Source: Synechococcus sp. (GTDB taxonomy: Bacteria > Cyanobacteriota > Cyanobacteriia > Thermostichales > PCC-7336). From it: DNA of 43,804 bases. Location: positions 1 through 43,804 of the forward strand of contig JBFRWD010000098.1 of the NCBI GenBank assembly GCA_051439425.1, written 5' to 3'. Shown here in pieces: positions 30,403 to 41,637 of this stretch. The notes below the pieces were generated by a model. That model was not told the DNA's origin, searched no databases, and saw only the letters and a program-made list of their open reading frames with translations. Both the position numbers and the translations under genes were made by a program. Each line of letters begins with the position of its first letter. Positions within the stretch are counted from its first letter, which is position 1.

Positions 30403-31024
30403 TCGTTCCTCCATCGAACGCACTGGAAACGCGCTCGAAACGGAAGGACAAGCAAAATCGGAATGACGAAATCCCTTCAATCTAATTGTTTCGACACTCG
30501 CTTCTGTCCCTATCCTTATCCTAAGGAATCTCAAGCATAGATTGCGATACTTTAATCTACTGAAATCAAAACAGGGTTTAGTCTGACTGCCGATCTCACC
30601 AATCACTAAAATGTTTCGACCTCAACATCTTGAAAACTCAATTGCATGCGATCGCTGCAGGGCTGGGCCTTTTACTGAAGAGCTTCGAGGTTTACCTGAG
30701 GTATGAGTGGCAGAGATGACAGTAGAGAAGCTGCTAGAGCTCGACGTTAGCAGGATGCCAAGTGGATAAATAGTTGCCGTAAGTAACTTGGTCGAATTAA
30801 TCGTAAAACCAATGTCCCAGAAGCCACACAGAAGTGGCTACTCCTCCAAAATTGATTAGAACAACCTACTTACGCTGGCGCATACTGCTTCATTACCGAT
30901 GACCCGCTATCGACTACATAGCAATACTTTGCAATAGTTCTGTCTAGCATCTATTCCCAATTAGACTAAAGGTAGGAGCGATGCAAGGTAATTATTTCAG
31001 TCCATTTTTTCGGCAAAACTAGTG

Positions 31025-31399
31025 ATGTATGTCGATCGCAAAGAACATCTAAGCCAATGCGAGCCACTACCGATTGAGTTGGCTGAATTTTGGCGGCAAA
31101 TTGAAGAAGATGCCGTCGATCGTATCCTGGCCCTTCCCCATGGTCCGTCTCGGGAGTTTTGGGAAGAGCGATTTAAAGCCGCCTACTCGAACTGTAACGA
31201 GCTAAATATGCCTGAATCGCATTTAACGGCTTGCACGACCAAGCATTTTTGGAAAGACTTGGTTCACCTTGCCTACGACGAACTACATCTGCTTAGTGAC
31301 AAATCTAAAAGAAAATACTGGTCATCTATTTTAGCTTACGCACATAATCAGATGCTATGGAAAGGTAAGTCTAGAAGCCCTGCTGAAAAGTTAGATTAG
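31025..31399 (+). CDS. Hypothetical helical protein with an internal duplication
   Basis: 124 codons; two copies of FWxx(I/L)xxxAxDx(I/L)xxLxxxxxRx(F/Y)W. Confidence 0.6.
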   Translation: MYVDRKEHLSQCEPLPIELAEFWRQIEEDAVDRILALPHGPSREFWEERFKAAYSNCNELNMPESHLTACTTKHFWKDLVHLAYDELHLLSDKSKRKYWSSILAYAHNQMLWKGKSRSPAEKLD

Positions 31400-31436
31400 C
31401 AACCTATTTGCAGGCAATATTGCGCACGTTTAACCT

Positions 31437-31919
31437 TTATTGTTTGTACCCTAACTGACGCAGTAACTCGTGGCGTGCGTTTACATCGTCTGGGCCCTCC
31501 ACCCCTTTTGGAGAGAATCCATCAATTACTCCTAAAATCCCGCGTCCTTGAGCAGATTCAGCCACAATCACCTCAACTGGGTTAGCCGTTGCACAATAGA
31601 TACTGCAAACCTCCGGGCAATGTTTAACGGCATTGAGGACATTTAGCGGATAGACCTCTTTCATCAGAATGATGAAGCTATGTCCGGCAGCGATCGCTTC
31701 GGCATTCGAGATTGCAGCATTTTGCAGCGCTTCGTCATTACCTGCAGATCGAATTAAGCAGGGACCGGATGCTTCGCAAAACGCAATCCCAAACTGAGCT
31801 GAGGGGGCAGATCCCACCATGATTTCGTATAGATCTTCAACCGTTTTAATGAAGTGAGTTTGACCCAAAATCAAATTGCTTCCTTCGGGTAGATCGAGGG
31901 CAACTGTCTTAAGTTCCAT
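31437..31919 (-). CDS. Adenosine-specific kinase family (DUF355)
   Basis: NLILGQTHFIKTVEDL, FGIAFCEASG, AAGHSF, ATANP, GRGILGVIDG. Confidence 0.9.
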   Translation of the reverse strand: MELKTVALDLPEGSNLILGQTHFIKTVEDLYEIMVGSAPSAQFGIAFCEASGPCLIRSAGNDEALQNAAISNAEAIAAGHSFIILMKEVYPLNVLNAVKHCPEVCSIYCATANPVEVIVAESAQGRGILGVIDGFSPKGVEGPDDVNARHELLRQLGYKQ

Positions 31920-31975
31920 CGTGTTCTCCTAGTGAAGTGGAACGTTGCAATGCGGAAGAGATGTGGCTAGGACTG

Positions 31976-33007
31976 CTAGTAGACGCTGCGCGATCCTAAC
32001 GGTAAGTTCTTCTGAAGCAAGCGGAGCAAAGGCACTTGGGAAGAGGACGCCGTCAGGTTGAGAGCAGGGACGCCTGTCAGCTTTTCGACCAATCGAATTC
32101 CGGCGGTAGTGTTCGTGGTGATGCCACCGACTAAATCGGGTTGCAATCCAAAACTTTGGCTGACTCCCAACACTGCATAGGGATCGGAGGCGCACAGCAC
32201 CGTAAAACAAATCTGGTCTTTGAGTTCTTGCAGCACAATATCCCCGTTATAGGGCTCGAAGGGAGATGCTCCTGCTTCTACCACCACCACATCCGGTTCT
32301 TTGGCGGCAATGAGCGAGAGCATTTGACGAACCGAATGCCGGAAGTCCTCTGGCGGACAAATCGAAGACGGTAGCCCTACATCCACAAAATCTAGAATGC
32401 CATCAGCCCCCGCATCTTTCATCGCGAGAATATCTCGATAGCGCCCTGCCCCTGTTAGCTTGGCTCCCACCACGGTTAACCCGGCTTGCTTGAGCAAATG
32501 GATAATGACTCGGGCAGACGTTGTTTTGCCGGACGACATGGACGTTCCGATGATTAACACCGTTGGGATCCGGTAGTCACGCATCTGAATTGACGATGCA
32601 AAATCTTTCATGACGACCTTGTGTCCGTCCCGCACCACATGGCCGCAATAACGCAACGATGCTCGAGACGAAATTAATGGCGAAATGGACGTCACTCGCC
32701 CTATCATCCCGGCAGGCGTTAGAGCATTCATCTCTCCATCGGAACCAATCGACTGCCAATCCCCAACCGCTTCCAATGTGGCTTGCCGAATCCCGAACGC
32801 CCCCACGATGGCATCCCCTTCCAATACCTCGGCCATGCGTCCGTTCGTCAACTCCGCCTTGGCACTGGGTGGGACGGGAGAGGTGACAACACCGACCACG
32901 TAATCACCTGTGGCCCACCGATCGCGCGGTAGCTCTTGCAGATCGAAATTTCCGACTTTCAAATCCGAAATGCGAGTCAGTGTTGTGAAGAAATATCGGC
33001 CAGCCAT
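31976..33007 (-). CDS. DUF1611-related P-loop protein
   Basis: Walker A-like IGTSMSSGKTT, AKLTGAGRYRD, DAGA...DF.D.G.PS, VVVEAG; probable ATG at 33007 with an upstream purine-rich RBS. Confidence 0.7.
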   Translation of the reverse strand: MAGRYFFTTLTRISDLKVGNFDLQELPRDRWATGDYVVGVVTSPVPPSAKAELTNGRMAEVLEGDAIVGAFGIRQATLEAVGDWQSIGSDGEMNALTPAGMIGRVTSISPLISSRASLRYCGHVVRDGHKVVMKDFASSIQMRDYRIPTVLIIGTSMSSGKTTSARVIIHLLKQAGLTVVGAKLTGAGRYRDILAMKDAGADGILDFVDVGLPSSICPPEDFRHSVRQMLSLIAAKEPDVVVVEAGASPFEPYNGDIVLQELKDQICFTVLCASDPYAVLGVSQSFGLQPDLVGGITTNTTAGIRLVEKLTGVPALNLTASSSQVPLLRLLQKNLPLGSRSVY

Positions 33008-33089
33008 ACTCTTTCCCTCGCTTGTTGTCCTGTTGTTGGATGGCAACTCTTGGATAGAAATTCCCTCCCAAACAGCAACAACAGTAAAT

Positions 33090-34289
33090 TCAGTGCCCGC
33101 TCCTCAATGGTGGCTCGAGCAACAATCGGGCTAACAGAGCTGTGCGCTCGCTCAGGTGTTCGCGTACGATACATTCCCCGACGGCATGAGCAGAATCCCC
33201 AACCGCTCCCAGGCCATCCAACGTTGGTGTGTAGAGACTGGTTGTATTTCCATCCGATCCACCGCCAGCTGTGGCTTCATCAATCTCCAACCCCAATTCG
33301 GAGGCCGCGATTTGTGCCCGCTCCCACAACAACCGATTGCCGGGGGTATGCTCCATTGGCGGCCGCCCGATACGCCCGTTCACCTCCAGGCGCGTGCCGG
33401 GGGTCGTTGGTTGCAACCCACGAATAGCCGTTTCGATGTAGGGAACGTCCTCTTGATGCAAAATGCGGACGTCTACTTCTGCAATACTTTCGGGGGCAAT
33501 CACGTTCGGTCGGATGCCGCCGTCAATCGTGCCCACATTGACGGTAATTCCTCGGGACGGATCGTTGAGGGCAAACAGTTGCTGAATGATATGGGATAGC
33601 TCCAGAATGGCGCTCGCTCCTTTTTCGGGGTCTAAGCCTGCATGAGCGGCACGACCGAGAATTCGAATGGAAAACTTCCCCACCCCCTTGCGTCCGGTTT
33701 TCAATTTGCCATTCGGGCCGAGGGATGGCTCCATCACAAAGGCGCGATCGGCAATCCGAGCCAAGCGGCGGATGTGCGGTGTTGATTCGCGACTGCCAAT
33801 CTCCTCATCGGAATTCACAAATAGAACTGGTTTTACTGGGATATCGGCGCTTTGTATTTCAGCAATCTCCCGAGCGGCTTCCGTCGCAAAAATGGCCATC
33901 ACCAATCCTGCTTTCATGTCGTAAACCCCTGGACCGTATAGCTTTCCCTGCGCTGGAACCAAGGGCATTGTCTGCAGGGTTCCGAGGGGCCAGACGGTAT
34001 CGCAATGGCCGAGCAATAATTGGAACGCCTGCTTAGGCTGGCGATCGCGGGGAACTGCCAACAAATGCCCCCCTGTGTGACGCCCCGATAAGTGCCGGAC
34101 GCGAAATCCTCTACCAACCAGCTCAGCTCGCAAAATTGACTGAACCGCTTGTTGCGCTGCAGGAATTGTGGACGGCGATTCTGCCAGAACGAGTTTCTCC
34201 AGTAGGTTCTCCATCTCCTCTTGGTGAGAGCGAAGGTACTGCAGCAATCGCTCGGCCGTGGACGTAGTCATGGAGGAAAGGAATGCCAT
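33090..34289 (-). CDS. M20 metallopeptidase (glutamate carboxypeptidase G2-like)
   Basis: LGHCDTVWP, GPGVYDMKAG, NSDEEIGS, MEP, GRAAHAG, GGGSDGN, SAHAVGE. Confidence 0.9.
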   Translation of the reverse strand: MAFLSSMTTSTAERLLQYLRSHQEEMENLLEKLVLAESPSTIPAAQQAVQSILRAELVGRGFRVRHLSGRHTGGHLLAVPRDRQPKQAFQLLLGHCDTVWPLGTLQTMPLVPAQGKLYGPGVYDMKAGLVMAIFATEAAREIAEIQSADIPVKPVLFVNSDEEIGSRESTPHIRRLARIADRAFVMEPSLGPNGKLKTGRKGVGKFSIRILGRAAHAGLDPEKGASAILELSHIIQQLFALNDPSRGITVNVGTIDGGIRPNVIAPESIAEVDVRILHQEDVPYIETAIRGLQPTTPGTRLEVNGRIGRPPMEHTPGNRLLWERAQIAASELGLEIDEATAGGGSDGNTTSLYTPTLDGLGAVGDSAHAVGECIVREHLSERTALLARLLLEPPLRSGH

Positions 34290-34897
34290 TAGCGATGAAA
34301 CCCAACATGAAATGGAAACGAAAAACTCCGATCGATACGGGTAAAGCGGTTGGGGGGAAGGTAAGCAAGGAGAGGCTGGCTAGCGATTAATTCGGTGTCA
34401 TCACGATCGCGCGATCGCAAAGATTCTGCTTGTACCCGTGCGGCGACAATTTTTCCGGCGATTAAACTGTTATCTCCAAACCCATCCACAACCGTTTCCA
34501 ACTGGCATTCCAGACATAGGCGGCTGTCTTGCAGGAACACTCCATCGATCGCTGTTGCAGGAACGGTGGGCAAGGCGGTTAGTGAAGGCTTATCGCCCTG
34601 TTGGTCGCGAGGAGCAGCAGACAAGCTGGCTAAGACGACCTGTTCGGGGTTGGGAAAGCTAACCGTGAAATAGCCTTCGCGACGTGTATTTGTATAGGTA
34701 CGATGACGGGGAGTACAGATAAAACCGAAGTAGTTTTCCCAGCCCAAAGGCATCGCCATGTGCTTCGGCGCGAGATCGTAGTTGCCATCGGGTTCGCGCG
34801 TACCAACAACAATCAGCGGTGCAACGGAGAAAAACCGCTCCCAGATGGGCTGGCTCGTGTCTAATTCAACAAACGAGGTGCTTGAAGTATCGGGCAT
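34289..34897 (-). CDS. Flavin reductase-like (FMN-binding split barrel) protein
   Basis: PLIVVGT...G.YDLAP, HRTYTN....YFTVSFP, LECQL, GDNSLIAGKIV; TAATG overlap with the M20 gene. Confidence 0.8.
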   Translation of the reverse strand: MPDTSSTSFVELDTSQPIWERFFSVAPLIVVGTREPDGNYDLAPKHMAMPLGWENYFGFICTPRHRTYTNTRREGYFTVSFPNPEQVVLASLSAAPRDQQGDKPSLTALPTVPATAIDGVFLQDSRLCLECQLETVVDGFGDNSLIAGKIVAARVQAESLRSRDRDDTELIASQPLLAYLPPNRFTRIDRSFSFPFHVGFHR

Positions 34898-34938
34898 TTT
34901 CTCAACCCTATCGATCGTTGCGCGACAAACTTTATGTG

Positions 34939-35523
34939 TTAAGAGCCGCTGTTGCAGGATGAAAATTGTTGCATCTGACTGCCAGATGATATCGTTTCCC
35001 GTTTGAACTCTCGCAAGTTGGATTCTCCGACTTCACGATTTTCGGACGGTAGCCCAAGCACCAACACCGCACAATTGGCGTGGTGAGTCACGTAGTTGCT
35101 GACACTACCCATTAGCAGCTCATCCAGTCCAAGCCGTCCGTGACGCCCCATGACAATTAAGTCAGCTTCCCAAGCACCAGCAATGTCGCAAATCATTCGT
35201 CCAGCAGAGCCAGCTTGCTGGGTGCATTCCACATCCACTCCCTTCGACTTTGCATATTCTGCATACTGCTTGAGTCGATCCAGACAGGCAGTCTCGTACT
35301 GAGTCCAACATTCGCGAAAAGCAGAGAGAAGATCGGTGCTGGGATACATCTGTTCCATACCGACACTGATAGACGTCGCTTGAGGAGACCCTTCCTCCTC
35401 GCTTGACAGAACGTGTACTAGTAAAACTTCACTACTAGTGGCACGTGCCAGATCGATGGCTTCATTCAAAATACGTTCTGCTAGAGGCGAGCAATCTAAC
35501 GCAACGAGGAGCCGGTGAAACAT
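34939..35523 (-). CDS. Universal stress protein (USP)
   Basis: MFHRLLVALDCS, ADLIVMGRHGRLGLDELLMGSVSNYVTHHANCAVLV. Confidence 0.92.
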   Translation of the reverse strand: MFHRLLVALDCSPLAERILNEAIDLARATSSEVLLVHVLSSEEEGSPQATSISVGMEQMYPSTDLLSAFRECWTQYETACLDRLKQYAEYAKSKGVDVECTQQAGSAGRMICDIAGAWEADLIVMGRHGRLGLDELLMGSVSNYVTHHANCAVLVLGLPSENREVGESNLREFKRETISSGSQMQQFSSCNSGS

Positions 35524-35882
35524 AATGTCCTCATGTCCAATTGAAACATTGGTGGTCAGCAGAAATGGGGCGCACCGCGGGGCAAGTTCCCAAACGAGAA
35601 TCAACATTTAGTGCTTCCAACTTCTCTTATGGATGAAGAACTTGAGGATTATATGATTCTGTCAACGACAGGTATCTATATTGGCTACGTTCGACATGTT
35701 CCTCCAGTCCAGCTCATAGTTTCCACACAGGTTTTACCTACGCTATTGATAGATTTAGCGCATGCGATCCGGTAGGGATGGAGGTAAAGAGAAACGTTAA
35801 GCTTGAGTGTTGCAATCCATTCAGAAATCGCACCATTATTACTTTCAGCGCCACCCCTGAAGTTGTTCGGAGCTGGAATCCA

Positions 35883-36416
35883 ATGTCTACTGAGAGCGCA
35901 CCAACACGACCCGATCGCTTGGAAGGCGATCGCTGCGATCGCCGCTACAAAACCTTAGATATTGCATTGAAACGGAATCACTACCAGCCCGATGCGCTGA
36001 TTGAAATCCTCCACAAAGCGCAAGAATCATTTGGCTATTTGGATAAAAGCGTTCTACTTTATATTGCTCGGCAACTAAAACTGCCGCTCAGCCGCGTATA
36101 TGGAGTGGCGTCCTTCTATCACCTGTTCCATTTGGAGCCTGGTGGACAACATCGCTGTGTAGTGTGTTTAGGAACCGCTTGTTATGTCAAAGGCGCTAGT
36201 CAAATCTTGGATAAACTGGAACGTCATCTCGATATTGAGGTAGGTGAGACAACACCAGACGGTCAAGTTTCGCTGTTATCTGCTCGCTGTTTGGGAGCCT
36301 GCGGCATTGCCCCTACTGTGGTGTTGGACGGCCAGATTTTCGGAAACCAAACTCCCGAAGCCACTGTGGACGCAGTGCGTAGCTGGACGTTATCCCCTGC
36401 GACAGTCGACAAGTAG
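35883..36416 (+). CDS. hoxE: Bidirectional hydrogenase diaphorase subunit HoxE
   Basis: LIEILHKAQESFGYL, VYGVASFYH, CVVCLGTAC and RCLGACGIAP (2Fe-2S ligands). Confidence 0.93.
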   Translation: MSTESAPTRPDRLEGDRCDRRYKTLDIALKRNHYQPDALIEILHKAQESFGYLDKSVLLYIARQLKLPLSRVYGVASFYHLFHLEPGGQHRCVVCLGTACYVKGASQILDKLERHLDIEVGETTPDGQVSLLSARCLGACGIAPTVVLDGQIFGNQTPEATVDAVRSWTLSPATVDK

Positions 36417-36533
36417 AGGCTAAGTCCTATTCGTTGTTCAAGCTCGCCATGAAAGGTGTCATCAAACGACGAATGCATGGCAGCAAGCCTGCGGAAGAGC
36501 CATCTTCTATCACTTCTACGCTGACACAACACT

Positions 36534-38153
36534 ATGGATATCTCAGAACTCTACCGGCTAGCCGAACGGGAGCGGGAGCGGCGCAAGCCCTTTCGCATTC
36601 GCTGCTGTATGGCGGCAGGTTGCCAATCGTCGGGTGCGAGGACGGTCAAGGACACCATTGAGGACGCGATCTCGAAGTCTGGCTTGGCGGATCGGGTAGA
36701 AGTGTGTGGTGTGGGTTGCCTGCGTTTTTGCGGCCACGGGCCAATGGTGGCAACCGATCCCGATGGAGAGTTGTACGAGCAAGTATCGGTTGAGACGGCG
36801 GCCTCTATGCCAAAAGATCTGATCGCAGGAACGGAGATCCCCCAGTGCTGCGATCGCGATCGACCCTTTTTTGCTCGGCAATTGTCCATCGTATTGGAGC
36901 ACAGCGGCTTCATTGACCCAGAACGGATTGAGGATTACATCGCTGTTGGAGGATACGAATCTCTATACAAAGTTCTGTACGACATGACGGCAGAAGGTGT
37001 GGTGGCGGAGATTACCCAAAGCGGTTTGCGGGGACGTGGTGGAGCTGGCTATCCGACGGGATTAAAGTGGGCCACAGTGGCCAAAATGCCAGGGGATCAA
37101 AAATACGTCATTTGCAATGGTGATGAAGGAGATCCCGGGGCGTTTATGGATCGCAGCGTGCTAGAGAGCGATCCCCATCGGGTGTTAGAGGGCATGGCGA
37201 TCGCGGGGTATGCAGTCGGGGCCAATCACGGGTTTATCTACATTCGGGCCGAATATCCACTGGCCATTCAGCGGTTGGAGCGGGCGATTAAACAAGCGAA
37301 ACGATACGGGCTATTAGGCAGTCAGATATTCGAGTCAGGATTTGACTTCAAGATTGACATTCGCATCGGAGCGGGAGCCTTTGTGTGCGGAGAAGAAACC
37401 GCATTGATTCACTCGATCGAAGGGGGGCGAGGCAATCCGCGCGCACGTCCTCCGTATCCTGCCGAGTTGGGATTGAGGGGATGTCCCACCCTAATCAACA
37501 ATGTTGAAACTTACGCCAATGTCGTCCCGATTGTTCGCAACGGAGCGGCTTGGTTCAGCAGTATTGGCACGGAAACGAGTAAAGGGACGAAAGTTTTTGC
37601 CTTAACGGGGAAGGTGCAGAATACGGGGCTGTTGGAAGTTCCGATGGGCACCACTCTGCATCAAATCGTCATGGAGATGGGCGAGGGGGCAGTCGATGGG
37701 CACGTAAAGGCCGTTCAAACCGGCGGGCCTTCAGGGGGGTGCGTTCCTGCTGAACGGTTCGATACTCCTGTAGATTACGAATCGCTGCAGCAGCTCGGCA
37801 CCATCATGGGATCGGGTGGCACGATTGTTATTGACGATGCCACCAGTATGGTGGAACTCGCTCAGTTCTACATGGACTTTTGCCGGAATGAAAGCTGCGG
37901 CAAATGTGTCCCCTGTCGAGCAGGTACCGTACAGCTCCACGAAATCCTCAAAAAAATTACCGATTATGGAGCTACGGCAGATGATTTAGAACAATTGGAA
38001 TCTCTCTGTCACATGGTGAAGGAGATGAGTTTGTGTGGGTTGGGCCAATCGGCCCCGAATCCAGTGTTGAGTACCTTGCGGTATTTCCGCGATGAATATC
38101 TGGAAAGGCTACAGCCTGTATCGGAACAGGAAGGGAGCGATCGTGTCTGTTAG
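36534..38153 (+). CDS. hoxF: Bidirectional hydrogenase diaphorase subunit HoxF
   Basis: [56 protein letters not shown]. Confidence 0.95.
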   Translation: MDISELYRLAERERERRKPFRIRCCMAAGCQSSGARTVKDTIEDAISKSGLADRVEVCGVGCLRFCGHGPMVATDPDGELYEQVSVETAASMPKDLIAGTEIPQCCDRDRPFFARQLSIVLEHSGFIDPERIEDYIAVGGYESLYKVLYDMTAEGVVAEITQSGLRGRGGAGYPTGLKWATVAKMPGDQKYVICNGDEGDPGAFMDRSVLESDPHRVLEGMAIAGYAVGANHGFIYIRAEYPLAIQRLERAIKQAKRYGLLGSQIFESGFDFKIDIRIGAGAFVCGEETALIHSIEGGRGNPRARPPYPAELGLRGCPTLINNVETYANVVPIVRNGAAWFSSIGTETSKGTKVFALTGKVQNTGLLEVPMGTTLHQIVMEMGEGAVDGHVKAVQTGGPSGGCVPAERFDTPVDYESLQQLGTIMGSGGTIVIDDATSMVELAQFYMDFCRNESCGKCVPCRAGTVQLHEILKKITDYGATADDLEQLESLCHMVKEMSLCGLGQSAPNPVLSTLRYFRDEYLERLQPVSEQEGSDRVC

Positions 38154-38859
38154 AACCCTCAAAATTGATGGAACGGATGTTGCTGTTGAAGAAGGGGCCA
38201 CTATCCTGCAAGCCGCTCGGGACGCTGATATTCATATTCCGACCCTGTGCCATTTGGAGGGTGTGTCCCCGGCAACAGCTTGCCGTATGTGTCTGGTTGA
38301 GGTTGAGGGCAGTCACAAGCTCCTGCCTGCCTGTCATACAGAAGTGACGGAGGGCATGGAAGTCAGCACCAACACACCGAAGTTGCAGGCCTATCGCCGC
38401 ATGAATGTGGAGCTGCTGTTTGCGGAGGGTAATCACGTCTGTGCTGTCTGCGTGGCGAACGGAAATTGCGAATTGCAGGATCTGGCTGTCGAACTGGGCA
38501 TGGATCATTCCCGATTTGACTATCAGTTTCCGAAGCGACCGGTGGATCTATCTCATCCCCAATTCGGCATCGACCACAACCGCTGCATTCTTTGCACCCG
38601 CTGCGTGCGGGTGTGTGACGAAATTGAAGGAGCGCACGTGTGGGATGTCGGTCGGCGGGGGGAACACAGCTGTATTGTGTCGGGATTAAATCAACCGTGG
38701 GGAGAGGTGGATGCCTGTACCTCCTGCGGCAAGTGTGTGGATGCCTGTCCGACAGGGGCCATTTTTCACAAGGAAAGTACGATCGCAGAACGAGAACGCG
38801 ATCGCGACAAACTCTCGTTTTTAGTCACGGCTCGGGAAAAACACCAATGGACGAGATAA
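38143..38859 (+). CDS. hoxU: Bidirectional hydrogenase subunit HoxU
   Basis: GTG start; [52 protein letters not shown]. Confidence 0.95.
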   Translation: MSVRTLKIDGTDVAVEEGATILQAARDADIHIPTLCHLEGVSPATACRMCLVEVEGSHKLLPACHTEVTEGMEVSTNTPKLQAYRRMNVELLFAEGNHVCAVCVANGNCELQDLAVELGMDHSRFDYQFPKRPVDLSHPQFGIDHNRCILCTRCVRVCDEIEGAHVWDVGRRGEHSCIVSGLNQPWGEVDACTSCGKCVDACPTGAIFHKESTIAERERDRDKLSFLVTAREKHQWTR

Positions 38860-39413
38860 GCCCAACTCCCAAAATTCGATTCGCGACCGTCTGGCTGGCG
38901 GGCTGTTCCGGCTGTCACATGTCGTTCTTGGATTTGGATGAATGGTTGATCGAGCTGGCTCAATATGTCGATGTAGTCTATAGCCCGGTCGCCTCGGATA
39001 TTAAAGAGTATCCAGAGAATGTAGATGTGTGTTTGGTGGAAGGGGGGGTGGCCAATGAAGAGAATTTGGCGTTGATCGAGCAGGTGCGAGATCGCACCAA
39101 AACTCTGATTTCCTTTGGTGATTGTGCGGTCACCGCCAACGTTCCGGCGATGCGCAACATGTTGGGTGGGGCAGAACCGGTCTTAAAACGCGCGTATCTG
39201 GACTTGGCAGATAATTCCCCACAGTTACCACATGCGCCGGGCATCGTACCGGAATTGCTGGATCGAGTATTGCCCGTCCATCAAGTAGTACCGGTGGATA
39301 TTTACATGCCAGGGTGCCCGCCGGATGCCGATCGCATTCGGGCCACGTTGGAACCGCTGTTGATGGGAGAACAACCCGTGATGGCAGGGCGCGACATGAT
39401 TAAGTTCGGCTAG
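38847..39413 (+). CDS. hoxY: NiFe hydrogenase small subunit HoxY
   Basis: [26 protein letters not shown]. Confidence 0.95.
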   Translation: MDEISPTPKIRFATVWLAGCSGCHMSFLDLDEWLIELAQYVDVVYSPVASDIKEYPENVDVCLVEGGVANEENLALIEQVRDRTKTLISFGDCAVTANVPAMRNMLGGAEPVLKRAYLDLADNSPQLPHAPGIVPELLDRVLPVHQVVPVDIYMPGCPPDADRIRATLEPLLMGEQPVMAGRDMIKFG

Positions 39414-39423
39414 GGGGGAGACG

Positions 39424-40848
39424 ATGGGACGAACCATTACGATCGATCCAGTCACTCGCATTGAGGGGCATGCCAAGATTTCCATTCACCTAAATGATGC
39501 GGGAGAGGTGGACGATGCTCGTTTTCATGTAGTGGAGTATCGCGGGTTTGAGAAGTTCTGCGAGGGGCGACCGTTTACGGAGATGGCCGGAATTACGGCT
39601 CGAATCTGCGGCATTTGTCCGGTCAGTCACTTGCTGGCATCCGCCAAAACTGGCGACAAGATTTTAGCGGTCAAGATTCCGCCTGCGGCTGAGAAATTGC
39701 GGCGGATGATGAACCTAGCTCAGATTATTCAGTCTCACGCGTTGTCGTTTTTTCACCTCAGCACCCCCGATTTTTTGTTGGGCTGGGATAGCGATCCGGC
39801 CCAGCGCAACGTATTTGGGCTGATTGCCGCCAATCCCGATCTGGCGCGGGCGGGTATTCGCCTGCGCCAGTTTGGGCAGACGGTGATTGAGAAGCTAGGG
39901 GCTCGCAAGATTCATGCCGCTTGGACAGTGCCGGGCGGGGTGCGATCGCCCCTTTCAGCAGACAGTCGCCAGTGGATTATCGATCGCCTGCCGGAAGCCT
40001 TCGGGACAGTGCGGCTGGCTCTCGACCTGTTTAAGGGAATGTTGGACGATCGCCTGCAAGCTGAAATCGGTATTTTCGGGCAGTTCCCCAGCTTGTATAT
40101 GGGCTTGGTTGGCCCGGATGGGGAATGGGAGCATTACGACGGTCGGCTGCGGTTTGCGGACAGCGAAGGCACGATTGTTGCAGACGGGTTGAGGGAGGAT
40201 GACTATCGTGACTTCTTGGGAGAAGCCGTCGAGCCTTGGTCGTATCTCAAGTTCCCCTATTTCCGGCCTTGGGGCTATCCGGATGGGATGTATCGGGTGG
40301 GGCCGCTGGCTCGGCTGAATATTTGCAGTTGTATCGGTACCGAGGCTGCCGATCTTGAATTGCTAGAGTTGCGAGATCGGGCGGGTGGCATACCAACCTC
40401 GTCCTTTCTGTACCACTACGCCAGACTGATTGAGATTCTGGCCTGTTTGGAGAAGCTAGACATTTTGCTGGACGATCCCGATATTCTGTCCGATCGCTGT
40501 CGGGCTAGAGGAGGGGTGAATCAATTGGACGCGGTGGGGGTGAGCGAAGCACCACGCGGGACGCTATTTCACCATTACCGCGTGGATGAACACGGCCTAA
40601 TCGAACGGGTGAATCTGATTATTGCCACCGGGCAAAACAATCTGGCCATGAACAAGACTGTGGCCCAAATTGCCAAGCATTACATTCACGGCGACAGGAT
40701 TCCCGAAGGAATGTTGAATCGCGTCGAGGCCGGGATTCGCTGTTTCGATCCGTGTCTGTCTTGCTCAACTCATGCCGCCGGACAGATGCCCTTGCACCTG
40801 CAGTTGCTAGCTGCAGACGGTCGCGTTCTAGATGAGGTATTCCGATGA
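39424..40848 (+). CDS. hoxH: NiFe hydrogenase large subunit HoxH
   Basis: PVTRIEGH, L1 [11 protein letters not shown]2 [10 protein letters not shown] with a cleavable C-terminal tail. Confidence 0.96.
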   Translation: MGRTITIDPVTRIEGHAKISIHLNDAGEVDDARFHVVEYRGFEKFCEGRPFTEMAGITARICGICPVSHLLASAKTGDKILAVKIPPAAEKLRRMMNLAQIIQSHALSFFHLSTPDFLLGWDSDPAQRNVFGLIAANPDLARAGIRLRQFGQTVIEKLGARKIHAAWTVPGGVRSPLSADSRQWIIDRLPEAFGTVRLALDLFKGMLDDRLQAEIGIFGQFPSLYMGLVGPDGEWEHYDGRLRFADSEGTIVADGLREDDYRDFLGEAVEPWSYLKFPYFRPWGYPDGMYRVGPLARLNICSCIGTEAADLELLELRDRAGGIPTSSFLYHYARLIEILACLEKLDILLDDPDILSDRCRARGGVNQLDAVGVSEAPRGTLFHHYRVDEHGLIERVNLIIATGQNNLAMNKTVAQIAKHYIHGDRIPEGMLNRVEAGIRCFDPCLSCSTHAAGQMPLHLQLLAADGRVLDEVFR

Positions 40849-41303
40849 AGGTATTAGCGATTGGTTATGGAAACCGGCTGCGGGGGGACGATGGCGTCGG
40901 TCCCGCGGTGGTCGAGCGGGTGGACAGACTGTTTGCATCAAAACGGAAAAAACTCTTGCGAACGCTCGCGGTACATCAGCTCACCCCGGAATTAGCTGCC
41001 GAGATTGCCCGATCGGATGTGGTCTGGTTTGTGGATGCTTGGGCAAACGGTCGCGGGCTGATGGTCGAGAAAGTTTTGGTCGACTCCTCGGCTCCATCCT
41101 CAGACCACGGTTGGAATCCCGGGGTTCTGCTCTATCTGGCTAAATCCCTCTACGGTGCCGATCCAATCGCATACCATCTATTGATCCCGGCAACTCAGTT
41201 CGATTACGGCGAAACGTTCTCCGAGATGGCCTGCAGTGGTGTCAAGTGGGCGATCCGGGCGATCGCGGCTTCGGTGGAGGAGGATGTCTACGGCCATGCA
41301 TGA
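40845..41303 (+). CDS. hoxW: Hydrogenase maturation protease
   Basis: [26 protein letters not shown]; directly follows hoxH. Confidence 0.88.
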   Translation: MKVLAIGYGNRLRGDDGVGPAVVERVDRLFASKRKKLLRTLAVHQLTPELAAEIARSDVVWFVDAWANGRGLMVEKVLVDSSAPSSDHGWNPGVLLYLAKSLYGADPIAYHLLIPATQFDYGETFSEMACSGVKWAIRAIAASVEEDVYGHA

Positions 41304-41637
41304 GGTGGGGCTGATGGAAAATGCGCTGGCGATCGCGTTGGAGTATGCGGCGCGGGAACGGGCCGAGCGGATCGAGACGCTATCTCTGCGGGTGGGGACG
41401 CTGTCTGGGGTGGAGCCGGATGCGTTGCGCTTTGCCTTCGACATCGTTACCCAAAACACGATCGCCGAAGGAGCCCAATTGAACATTCAATCTTGCCCGA
41501 CTCGTTGCTATTGCGAGGTTTGTCAACGAGAGTTCGAGCCGGCGGAGATGGGTTACGACTGTCCTGTCTGTGACACCTGGAGCCAGTCGATTGTGCAGGG
41601 TAAAGAGCTGGAACTAGCCTCGTTGGAGGTGTCCTGA
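41296..41637 (+). CDS. hypA: Hydrogenase nickel metallochaperone HypA
   Basis: MHEVG, G.LSGVEPDAL.FAF, two CxxC motifs, GKELEL. Confidence 0.94.
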   Translation: MHEVGLMENALAIALEYAARERAERIETLSLRVGTLSGVEPDALRFAFDIVTQNTIAEGAQLNIQSCPTRCYCEVCQREFEPAEMGYDCPVCDTWSQSIVQGKELELASLEVS

